IMG/VR virus record: IMGVR_UViG_3300032316_000329
Span: 32,001 to 96,000 of that record
Length of the DNA stretch: 64,000 nt
Reading direction: 5' to 3' (one strand)
Origin: a virus
Under the pieces are notes generated by a model. That model saw only the letters and a list, made by a program, of their open reading frames with translations, was not told the DNA's origin and ran no database searches. The position numbers were made by a program, and so were the translations under genes. Shown here piece by piece: positions 55,099 through 63,396 of this stretch. Each line of letters starts with the position of its first letter. Position 1 is the first letter of the stretch.

Positions 55099-56316
55099 AT
55101 GGCATATGGTTCAAATACAAATTATACTATTAGTGGTGTTGATGTAGGTAGACAACTTGTAACTAAAAGTTACTTGATTGATGTTTATCCATCTTTGGTT
55201 GGTACGTTTAAACAGGCAGGGTTATGGACCTGGGGGCGTAATGGTGCCGGTCAACTAGGTGACAATACAACAACCGGTAGATCATCTCCAGTTCAAACTG
55301 TATCTGGTGGTACAAATTGGAAACTGGTTGCTGGTGGTGGTTATCACACTGCTGCCATTAAGACTGATGGAACCCTATGGACCTGGGGAGGTAATTCTTA
55401 CGGTGCACTAGGCGACAATTCAACAAACTTTAGATCCTCACCAGTCCAGACTGTATCTGCTGGTACAAATTGGAAACAGGTTGCTTGTGGTTTTTTTCAC
55501 ACTGCTGCTATTAAGACTGATGGAACGTTATGGTTATGGGGAGATAATAGAAACGGTCAACTAGGTGACAATACAACAGCCCATAGATCCTCTCCAGTCC
55601 AAACTGTATCTAGTGGAACTAACTGGAAACTGGTTGCTAGTGGTCGTTATCACACCGCTGCCATTAAAACCGACGGAACCCTTTGGACCTGGGGAGCTAA
55701 TTATTCCGGTCAACTAGGTGACAATTCAACAAACCGTAAATCCTCACCAGTCCAGACCGTATCTGGAGGAACCAACTGGAAACTGGTTGCTTGTGGTGGT
55801 TTTCACAATGCTGCCATTAAAACTGATGGAACCCTTTGGACCTGGGGAGCTAATTATGCCGGTAATCTAGGTGATAACTCAATAACCAGTAAATCCTCAC
55901 CAGTCCAAACCGTATCTACTGGTACAAATTGGAAACTGGTTGCTGGTGGTAGTAGTCACACCTCTGCCATTAAGACTGATGGAACCCTATGGACCTGGGG
56001 ACATAATGGTTACGGTACACTAGGTGATAACTCCAGAACCCATAGATCCTCACCAGTCCAGACCGTATCTGGAGGAACCAACTGGAAACTGGTTGCTTGT
56101 GGTGGTTTTCACAATGCTGCCATTAAGACTGATGGAACCCTTTGGACCTGGGGATTTAATGCTTACGGTGCACTAGGTGATAACTCCGAAACCCGTAGAT
56201 CCTCACCAGTCCAAACCGTATCTGGTGGAACCAACTGGAAACAAGTTGCTGTTGGTGGTTATTACACTGCCTGTATCCGTGACGATTCAGCAGACATTTT
56301 CGGAAACACTATATGA
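55099..56316 (+). CDS. RCC1-repeat beta-propeller (7 repeats)
   Basis: same repeat consensus as 53249. Confidence 0.92.
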   Translation: MAYGSNTNYTISGVDVGRQLVTKSYLIDVYPSLVGTFKQAGLWTWGRNGAGQLGDNTTTGRSSPVQTVSGGTNWKLVAGGGYHTAAIKTDGTLWTWGGNSYGALGDNSTNFRSSPVQTVSAGTNWKQVACGFFHTAAIKTDGTLWLWGDNRNGQLGDNTTAHRSSPVQTVSSGTNWKLVASGRYHTAAIKTDGTLWTWGANYSGQLGDNSTNRKSSPVQTVSGGTNWKLVACGGFHNAAIKTDGTLWTWGANYAGNLGDNSITSKSSPVQTVSTGTNWKLVAGGSSHTSAIKTDGTLWTWGHNGYGTLGDNSRTHRSSPVQTVSGGTNWKLVACGGFHNAAIKTDGTLWTWGFNAYGALGDNSETRRSSPVQTVSGGTNWKQVAVGGYYTACIRDDSADIFGNTI

Positions 56317-56819
56317 TCCATCCTCTTGTGAAGATTATAACCATTGATGGTTTTTTTAGTCAAGAAGAGGCCACCAGATTAGGTGAAATAACCAGAAACC
56401 TTCAATACACTCAAAACCAATTAGGTCAAGAGATAGAACATTTCAATATGGTTCCAGAAAACGCCAATGAAATGTTCTCTTTCATTCTAAATACAAAGAT
56501 AGAGGTGGATGAAGATCGTTCAGGTATATTCAGAAAGCCAGAGTTATTCATACACTTTGAGGAATTTGATACTCTTGATGAATGGGTTTTTGTTTGTGTT
56601 CTGGAACATACTATGTTTAATATATATCAGCACGAAAGCGGTGCCAAGAGTGCTTTGGATGGGTATCAGTTTAATTACAGGAACCTTATGGAATGGGGTT
56701 CTAATACAAAAGTTTCCTATGAACTATTGCCTGGAGAAGGCGTTCTGTTTAGACCGTGGTTGTTTCATTCGTTTAGTGGTGGTTTAATTCAGATATTCAG
56801 ATTAAAAGAGAGAGAATAG
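56313..56819 (+). CDS. putative 2OG-Fe(II) oxygenase-fold protein (DUF6445-like)
   Basis: IxIDGFF start, IHFE, VLFRPWLFHS. Confidence 0.55.
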   Translation: MIHPLVKIITIDGFFSQEEATRLGEITRNLQYTQNQLGQEIEHFNMVPENANEMFSFILNTKIEVDEDRSGIFRKPELFIHFEEFDTLDEWVFVCVLEHTMFNIYQHESGAKSALDGYQFNYRNLMEWGSNTKVSYELLPGEGVLFRPWLFHSFSGGLIQIFRLKERE

Positions 56820-57971
56820 ATGCCAACTTTTTATCAGGTTAACGGTGTATCGTTTGATGATCTGTTTGTAAGAAATGATTCATTCACAGAAGGTGGGTTG
56901 TGGACCTGGGGAAATAATGGTCTGGGTGAATTAGGTGATAACTCCAGAACCCATAGATCATCTCCAGTCCAAACCGTATCTGCTGGTACAAATTGGAAAC
57001 AGGTTGCTGGTGGTGGTAATCACACCGCTGCCATTAAAACTGATGGAACATTATGGTTATGGGGTAGTAATTTTTTTGGCCGATTAGGTGACAATACACA
57101 AACCGATAGATCCTCACCAGTTCAAACTGTATCTGCTGGTACAAATTGGAAACAGGTTGCTTGTGGTGGTACTCATACCGCTGCCATTAAGACTGACGGA
57201 ACCCTATGGACATGGGGACGTAATTATAATGGCCGATTAGGTGACAATACAACAACCGATACAACCTCACCAGTCCAAACCGTATCTGCTGGTACAAATT
57301 GGAAACAGGTTGCTTGTGGTGGTAATCACACCGCTGCCATTAAGACTGATGGAACCCTTTGGACCTGGGGACGTAATACTAACGGTCAACTAGGTGATAA
57401 CTCTTTAACCCATAGATCCTCACCAGTTCAAACTGTATCTGGAGGAACCAATTGGAAACAAGTTGCTGGTGGCGATAGTCATACTGCTGCCGTTAAAACT
57501 GATGGAACATTATGGATGTGGGGAGGCAATAGTTATGGTCAACTAGGTGATAACTCTTTAACCCATAGATCCTCACCAGTTCAAACTGTATCTGCTGGTA
57601 CAAATTGGAAGTTTGTTGCCAGTGGATATTATGCACATACTGCTGCCATTAAGACTGATGGAACCCTATGGACATGGGGACGTAATAATTTCGGTCAACT
57701 AGGTGATAACTCTTTAACCCATAGATCCTCACCAGTTCAAACTGTATCTGGTGGTGCCAATTGGAAACAAGTTTCTTGTGGTCGTTTTTACACAACTACC
57801 ATTAAAACTGATGGAACCCTGTGGACATGGGGACGTAATAGTTATGGTCAACTAGGTGATAATACAACAACCGGTAGATCATCACCAGTCCAAACCGTAT
57901 CTGCTGGTACAAATTGGAAACTAGTTGCTTGTGGCACTTATTTTACCGTCTCCATCCGAGATCAGTGGTAA
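56820..57971 (+). CDS. RCC1-repeat beta-propeller (7 repeats)
   Basis: same repeat consensus as 53249. Confidence 0.92.
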   Translation: MPTFYQVNGVSFDDLFVRNDSFTEGGLWTWGNNGLGELGDNSRTHRSSPVQTVSAGTNWKQVAGGGNHTAAIKTDGTLWLWGSNFFGRLGDNTQTDRSSPVQTVSAGTNWKQVACGGTHTAAIKTDGTLWTWGRNYNGRLGDNTTTDTTSPVQTVSAGTNWKQVACGGNHTAAIKTDGTLWTWGRNTNGQLGDNSLTHRSSPVQTVSGGTNWKQVAGGDSHTAAVKTDGTLWMWGGNSYGQLGDNSLTHRSSPVQTVSAGTNWKFVASGYYAHTAAIKTDGTLWTWGRNNFGQLGDNSLTHRSSPVQTVSGGANWKQVSCGRFYTTTIKTDGTLWTWGRNSYGQLGDNTTTGRSSPVQTVSAGTNWKLVACGTYFTVSIRDQW

Positions 57972-57979
57972 TTTACAAG

Positions 57980-57987
57980 ACTAAATA
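57980..57987 (+). promoter_or_regulatory. late promoter variant ACTAAATA for the modification operon
   Basis: intergenic, immediately upstream of the methyltransferase. Confidence 0.55.
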
Positions 57988-58020
57988 CCAAAGTTAGACA
58001 ATTATTTTATGAGGGTTGTT

Positions 58021-58566
58021 ATGATAAAGTTGAACCTTGGTTCTGGTTACAAACATATTGATGGTTATCTAAATATTGATTCGGATCCAAAGTGTAATCC
58101 AGATCACTTACTAAACCTTGAAACCGACAGACTTCCCTTTGATGATAACACGGTAGACGAAGTTCTCTGCCACCATATTCTAGAACACATTGGTGATGGT
58201 TTCATTCATTTAATGAAAGAAATCTACCGAGTTTGTAAAAACGGTGCTATACTAGACATAGCAGTTCCACATCCCAGGCACGATGTTTTCCTCATAGACC
58301 CCACTCATAAACGGCCAATCTACTCTGATACTATTGATATGTTCTCTAAAAAAAGGAACCAAAAAACTATTGAAAATAAAGGTATGGAAACAACTCTTGG
58401 TATAATGAATGACATTGACATAGAAGTATTTGCCACTGACTATGTTCTTGATGAATACTATCAAAAACTCTTTCAAACATTACCAAACGAACAATGTGAT
58501 ATAATTGCTCGGTCTTATAATAATGTTATTATTGAAATCCTAATCAAGGCAATGGTGAATAAGTGA
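58021..58566 (+). CDS. class I SAM-dependent methyltransferase
   Basis: KLNLGSG...NID, LPFDDNTVD, HILEH, EIYRVCK.G, DPTH; start 58009 or 58021. Confidence 0.85.
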   Translation: MIKLNLGSGYKHIDGYLNIDSDPKCNPDHLLNLETDRLPFDDNTVDEVLCHHILEHIGDGFIHLMKEIYRVCKNGAILDIAVPHPRHDVFLIDPTHKRPIYSDTIDMFSKKRNQKTIENKGMETTLGIMNDIDIEVFATDYVLDEYYQKLFQTLPNEQCDIIARSYNNVIIEILIKAMVNK

Positions 58567-59885
58567 CAGTAGAATATCCAAACTGTGATCCTCTCGGAAC
58601 TGCCAAGTTTTTTATCAATTTAAAACAACCTGAAAAGGCCAAAGTTTCCCTTGATCAAGTAAAACCATATTGTCAGACAGTTCAACAGTTAGATGCTATT
58701 GGCAAACTCTATGCTGATTGTAGAGAATGGAATGATTCTCTTGAAATTGCCAAGAAGATTCATTCCCTACTTCCAAACAATCAATCCAAATATGATATTA
58801 GAACAAATATTGTTCGTTCTTTACTCAATTTAAACAATCCAGAAGAAGCACTAATTTATATCAATATGAATGAAAAGGTGAATCCAAACGATCATCCTAA
58901 TCGTATGGATAAAGCAATGGCTTTATTTCTACTAAACAAAAAAATAGAAGCCGAAGCAATACTGCGACAAATATTAGAAGAACCACATAATGATGATATT
59001 GACACAAGAGTAAAATTTAATCTAGGAACCTATGACATTAGAAATGGTAATTTTAAAGATGGTATCAAAAATTTTCTTCTTCACGGTAGAAAGTTAAATA
59101 TATGGGAGTCATATACTCTTCCGAAAAATAATTATTGGAAAGGCGATATACAACCTGGTAAAACTATTCTGATGTGTCACGATGGTGGTATTGGTGATGA
59201 AATAATCAATATAAGGTTTCAGAAACACATTAAAAAACTTGGTATGAATCCTATTTGGTTTACAGCAAGAAAAGACCTGGCTAAAGTCTTTGAAAGAAAT
59301 GGATTTACTGTAACAACAAATCCTAATGATTATAAATCTGATTGGTTGTGGTATTATTCAATGACTTCGCCAGTATTGCTTGATGTTGATGAGAATGACT
59401 TGTGGGATGGTCCTTATATAGAACCAATCAGAAAAGCAGAGAAACTTTCTGGTAAATTAAAGATCGGCCTAAAATGTGTTGGTAATCCAAAATATGATCA
59501 GGATCTAAACAGAACAGTTCCCTATAAAGAAGTTCTTGATATTTTACCAAAAGATGCGACGGTCTATTCATTTCATATTGACGAAGATATTGATGATCCT
59601 AGATTGATATCTCTTAAAGATAAGATCAAAACTTGGGACGATACGCTTGACTTTATAGATCAAATGGACTATATGATATCTAGTTGTACCTCAACAGCAC
59701 ACGCGGCATCTGCTATGGGTAAAAAGACTTTTGTTATGGTTCCTATCCTTAATTATTACCTTTGGGCAAAACCAGAAAACCACTCAAAGTGGTATTCGGA
59801 AAATACCAGAATAATCAGACAAACAACATATAAAAATTGGTATGATCCGATCAAAGAGTTGAAAGAACTCCTCAATGGTCAATAG
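58563..59885 (+). CDS. TPR-containing GT-B glycosyltransferase (GT9/heptosyltransferase-like)
   Basis: helical TPR-like N-terminus; WKG...GKTIL..DGGIGDEI..IRF; WDDT...MDYMISSCTSTAHAASAMGK; SKWY. Confidence 0.75.
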   Translation: MTVEYPNCDPLGTAKFFINLKQPEKAKVSLDQVKPYCQTVQQLDAIGKLYADCREWNDSLEIAKKIHSLLPNNQSKYDIRTNIVRSLLNLNNPEEALIYINMNEKVNPNDHPNRMDKAMALFLLNKKIEAEAILRQILEEPHNDDIDTRVKFNLGTYDIRNGNFKDGIKNFLLHGRKLNIWESYTLPKNNYWKGDIQPGKTILMCHDGGIGDEIINIRFQKHIKKLGMNPIWFTARKDLAKVFERNGFTVTTNPNDYKSDWLWYYSMTSPVLLDVDENDLWDGPYIEPIRKAEKLSGKLKIGLKCVGNPKYDQDLNRTVPYKEVLDILPKDATVYSFHIDEDIDDPRLISLKDKIKTWDDTLDFIDQMDYMISSCTSTAHAASAMGKKTFVMVPILNYYLWAKPENHSKWYSENTRIIRQTTYKNWYDPIKELKELLNGQ

Positions 59886-60240
59886 AATTGTCAATTCGGT
59901 CAATATTAATTTAACTTCCATATCAACGAATGAACCGATTTCGGATGTTCCTTGTGGTTCGTGTAATATGTGTTGTAAGTTGTTATCACCTTTTCTCACA
60001 ACCGAAGAGATTGCTTCTGGTAAATATCCATTAAGTATAATTAACCCTTCTAATACAAACGAAGGGCCAACGGTGGTTTTGTTTAGAAATATAGAGGGTG
60101 GTTGTGGTATGTTAATAGATAATAAGTGTTCTATCTATGATGATAGACCTATTGCTTGTCGGCAATTTGATTGTCGCAGAGGTCATCATCCAAAAACAAA
60201 TATTGTGGCTAAAGAAAAGTTTGGAATTGATATACAATGA
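59875..60240 (+). CDS. YkgJ/CxxCxxCC cysteine-cluster protein
   Basis: CGSCNMCC...CGML...CSIYDDRPIACRQFDC. Confidence 0.85.
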   Translation: MVNRIVNSVNINLTSISTNEPISDVPCGSCNMCCKLLSPFLTTEEIASGKYPLSIINPSNTNEGPTVVLFRNIEGGCGMLIDNKCSIYDDRPIACRQFDCRRGHHPKTNIVAKEKFGIDIQ

Positions 60241-61067
60241 AACACGGAAAAACAGCTGTCTATACAATCCTCAAAAACGAAAAAAAATATATTGAAAAAT
60301 GGTTATACTATGCCAATCCTTTTGACTATAAGGTTCTTCTTGACACGGGATCAACCGATGGTTCTTGGGAACTATTACAAGAATATGCCTCAAAAGATCC
60401 TAAACTAATCATTGAACAAAAAACCTTCGATCCATGGCGGTTTGATACAGCAAGAAACTATAATCTCAACATGGTACCAGAAGAAGTCGTCTGGTGCCTC
60501 TCTCCTGACTTGGACGAGTATTATTCCATCAATACACACGATGAAATGGAAGTTATTATATCTGCTGTTCCTGATATTACTTGTATTGCTTCCGATAGAT
60601 TAGATATTTATTCCCGTGTTGTTCGTGTCGGGCCTCCAAATCTACAAGCAACTAACAAGATTCACAGAAGGCACGATTATATCTGGAAAGAAAGAATCTA
60701 CGAACACATCTCCTGGAAACATGGTGGGTATGAGAAAGAATTATATTCTGATGATATCTTTCTGGTTCATGATCAAGACTTTAAAAAGAAAGAGAGATCA
60801 GAACTCTATATCAGACTAATGGAAGAGGAATGGGCCGAGAATCCTAAAAACTCATGGAATAATTGGTTTCTTCTTTATCATTACTTTAAGTCACAACAAC
60901 TGGAAAAGTATATTCCTGTTGCTTGTAATTACTTGCTATTTCACACAAAAAAACAAGATAAGAACTATGAGGATGTTACTAATACTCTAAAAGGAATTTT
61001 AGCGAGAGAGAAGATATCCGATCAACATAAACATTTAATTGTTGAAGCATTGAAGGTTGCTAGATGA
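60237..61067 (+). CDS. glycosyltransferase family 2
   Basis: YTILKNE, LDTGSTDGS, WRFDTARN, DLDE (DxD), IYEH. Confidence 0.85.
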   Translation: MKHGKTAVYTILKNEKKYIEKWLYYANPFDYKVLLDTGSTDGSWELLQEYASKDPKLIIEQKTFDPWRFDTARNYNLNMVPEEVVWCLSPDLDEYYSINTHDEMEVIISAVPDITCIASDRLDIYSRVVRVGPPNLQATNKIHRRHDYIWKERIYEHISWKHGGYEKELYSDDIFLVHDQDFKKKERSELYIRLMEEEWAENPKNSWNNWFLLYHYFKSQQLEKYIPVACNYLLFHTKKQDKNYEDVTNTLKGILAREKISDQHKHLIVEALKVAR

Positions 61068-61852
61068 AAACATTTCACTTTCTATCAGGATTACCTAGAA
61101 CAGGGTCAACGGTTCTTGAATCATTACTCAATCAAAATCCGCAAGTATATGTTACACCAACATCACCTCTACTACATCTATTAAATAAAAATCAAGAAGA
61201 GTTTCATCAATGTCCCGAGGTTATTGCTAATCCCGTCTCAGATATGCTTACTAATGTTTCTCGTGGTATGATAGAAGGTTGCTGGGAACACAGACCAGAA
61301 CCTATCATCATTGACAAGCATCGCGGTTGGGGTAAGAATATGCCGGCGACTACGATTGTTTTTGATAAAGAAATTAAAATGGTTGCTACTATCCGAGACA
61401 TACCTTCTATAATGGCCAGTTGGTTAACTCTTATTAGAAATCAACCAAACAACTTTATCAAAAGAACTGTTATTGAAAAAGGTTTTGAAGCAACAGAAGA
61501 AAATATGATGGCAGAAATGTGGTTTGGTCATGTTCTAGATTGTGTTGAGTCGGTTGCTATGGCAAGAAAGACAGCATCTAATAGAATGTTAGAAATACGG
61601 TATGATGACTTTATTAAAGATTCAAAACAACAGATTTCTAAAATTGAATCTTTTCTTGAACTACCTTCTTTTGAATATGATTTTGAAAACATACAAAATA
61701 ACAACATAAACAATGATCACGAAGCATTTGGATTCATTGATATGCATAAGGTCAGACCAAAGGTGGAAAAGATTGCTAAACATCCAAAAGATGTATTAGG
61801 TGATAGTCTTTACAATAGGTTTGTTGATCTTGAAAGGCAGTATTTGAGATGA
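61064..61852 (+). CDS. sulfotransferase
   Basis: GLPRTGSTVLESLLNQNP 5'-PSB loop; DKHRGW; RD...IMAS; RYDD. Confidence 0.88.
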   Translation: MKTFHFLSGLPRTGSTVLESLLNQNPQVYVTPTSPLLHLLNKNQEEFHQCPEVIANPVSDMLTNVSRGMIEGCWEHRPEPIIIDKHRGWGKNMPATTIVFDKEIKMVATIRDIPSIMASWLTLIRNQPNNFIKRTVIEKGFEATEENMMAEMWFGHVLDCVESVAMARKTASNRMLEIRYDDFIKDSKQQISKIESFLELPSFEYDFENIQNNNINNDHEAFGFIDMHKVRPKVEKIAKHPKDVLGDSLYNRFVDLERQYLR

Positions 61853-62274
61853 AAAAGATTTTAATTATGGGACTACCCGGTTCAGGCAAGACGACATTTG
61901 CCGAAGAGTTGAGAAAACAACTATTAGCAAAGAGTAGAACTGCGGCCTGGTTTAATGCCGATGTTATTCGTAAAATGCATAACGATTGGGACTTTTCACC
62001 AGAAGGTCGTATAAGACAGGCTAATAGAATGAGAATATTGGCCGATGGTATGATGACTGATTATGTTATCTGCGATTTTGTGGCACCAACAGAAGAAATC
62101 AGAACACAATTTAAGGCAGACTTTACAATTTGGATGGACACCGAAACAAAATCAGATTATGAAGATACTGATAAATTGTTTGAGCGTCCAACCAAATGGG
62201 ATTATATTGTTAAGATGAAAGATGTTCCTAATACAGTTAGTCCATGCGTTGAACAAATTCTGAAACTTGGGTAA
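61849..62274 (+). CDS. cysC: adenylylsulfate (APS) kinase-like protein
   Basis: GLPGSGKTT, NADVIR...DWDFSPEGR, FVAP...R, FERP. Confidence 0.75.
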   Translation: MKKILIMGLPGSGKTTFAEELRKQLLAKSRTAAWFNADVIRKMHNDWDFSPEGRIRQANRMRILADGMMTDYVICDFVAPTEEIRTQFKADFTIWMDTETKSDYEDTDKLFERPTKWDYIVKMKDVPNTVSPCVEQILKLG

Positions 62275-63049
62275 ACTTATGGTCAAATACTTTTCTCGCA
62301 CAACTGTATGTCTGATACTTGCCTTTAATAATCTCAGGCATATCAATGAACTTAACCGGAACATTATACTTATCAGCAACAATCACTGCCACATCTAAGA
62401 ATGAAATAGGATGGGAACAACCTAAATCAAAGATACCTTCTTTGGCATTTGTTGTAATAATCTTAATGATATCACCAACCCAAACAAAGTCACGATAGGT
62501 ATTTTCCGACCCTTTGAAAATCTTAATCACTCCATCATTCTTAGCCTGCTCCGAGAAACGATAGACTGGTGAGGTACAAAAGTCCGATTTCTTTTCATCG
62601 GCACCATATACATTGAAATAACGATAACCTGTAATCGGTGCGGTAAAAGATGACCTATTTTCCATAACCCACAAATCAACGGTATACTTAGAAACAGCAT
62701 AGTAGTTTAGTGGATTATAATCATATGTTTTATTAACCGCCATAGACTGGCCATATACAGAACCAGAAGATGCATAGTGAACAGGAATCTTATGCTTAAT
62801 GGCCTTCTCAAAAATCTCAACCGATGACTGGACATTCCATCGCATTACCTTCAATACATCTAGTTCGGTTGTATTAGAGATAGCACCTTGGTGATAAATC
62901 ATTGTAATCTTATCCCACGGTACCTGTTTTGCCAATTCAATTGGGTCACCATCTACGGCATCAAAACCATATACCTTATTACCTTGTTGTTCTAAATGCT
63001 TTACAAGGTTTCTACCAATAAATCCTTTATGTCCTGTAACTAAAATCAT
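62237..63049 (-). CDS. hldD: ADP-L-glycero-D-manno-heptose 6-epimerase
   Basis: LVTGHKGFIGRNL, HQGAISNTTE, YASSGSVYG, PLNYYAVSK, RYFNVYG, RDFVWVGD, GKYQTYS. Confidence 0.85.
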   Translation of the reverse strand: MILVTGHKGFIGRNLVKHLEQQGNKVYGFDAVDGDPIELAKQVPWDKITMIYHQGAISNTTELDVLKVMRWNVQSSVEIFEKAIKHKIPVHYASSGSVYGQSMAVNKTYDYNPLNYYAVSKYTVDLWVMENRSSFTAPITGYRYFNVYGADEKKSDFCTSPVYRFSEQAKNDGVIKIFKGSENTYRDFVWVGDIIKIITTNAKEGIFDLGCSHPISFLDVAVIVADKYNVPVKFIDMPEIIKGKYQTYSCARKVFDHKFTQVSEFVQRMD

Positions 63050-63396
63050 TGTCCGTCTCCTGGTATAACTCTATAACTATCACTATCATAATGTGTGGTT
63101 GATACTTCTATAAGAACCGAATTGTCCTCTAGAGCCTCAATCTGATGTGGTCGACCTGGTTCATTTACCCAAGTATCACCTTCTTTAAGTATAATATTAT
63201 GTTTAGAGGCATCTTTTGTTTCTATCCAGTGGATTTTAAACATACCGCTTTGAACATAGAATGTTTCATGTTTCTTCATATGGAAATGCATTGACCCTTT
63301 TGAACCGGCCTTGTCGTGTATAAGGAGTTTGCCACAATACATTTCATTATTGGCAAAAATGACCTCTCTACCCCATTTCTTTTCAACAGTGTCCAT
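63046..63396 (-). CDS. cupin (mannose-6-phosphate isomerase/sugar isomerase-like)
   Basis: VEKKWGRE, YCGKLL, SMHFHMKKHETF, PGRPHQI, EVST...DSYR. Confidence 0.75.
   Translation of the reverse strand: MDTVEKKWGREVIFANNEMYCGKLLIHDKAGSKGSMHFHMKKHETFYVQSGMFKIHWIETKDASKHNIILKEGDTWVNEPGRPHQIEALEDNSVLIEVSTTHYDSDSYRVIPGDGQ

Larger units (their letters stand above)
53330..57950 (+). repeat. 21 near-identical ~150-bp coding repeats across three RCC1 genes
   Basis: e.g. AGATCCTCACCAGTCCAAACCGTATCTG and GCCATTAAGACTGATGGAACC recur throughout. Confidence 0.9.

Noticed and set aside
53330-57950. Regular repeats with variable inserts resembling a CRISPR array
   Set aside because: ~150-bp period, in-frame RCC1 coding, variable parts only a few codons, no cas genes
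53249-57971. Complete diversity-generating retroelement
   Set aside because: No reverse transcriptase or non-coding template repeat in the window; kept only as a hypothesis
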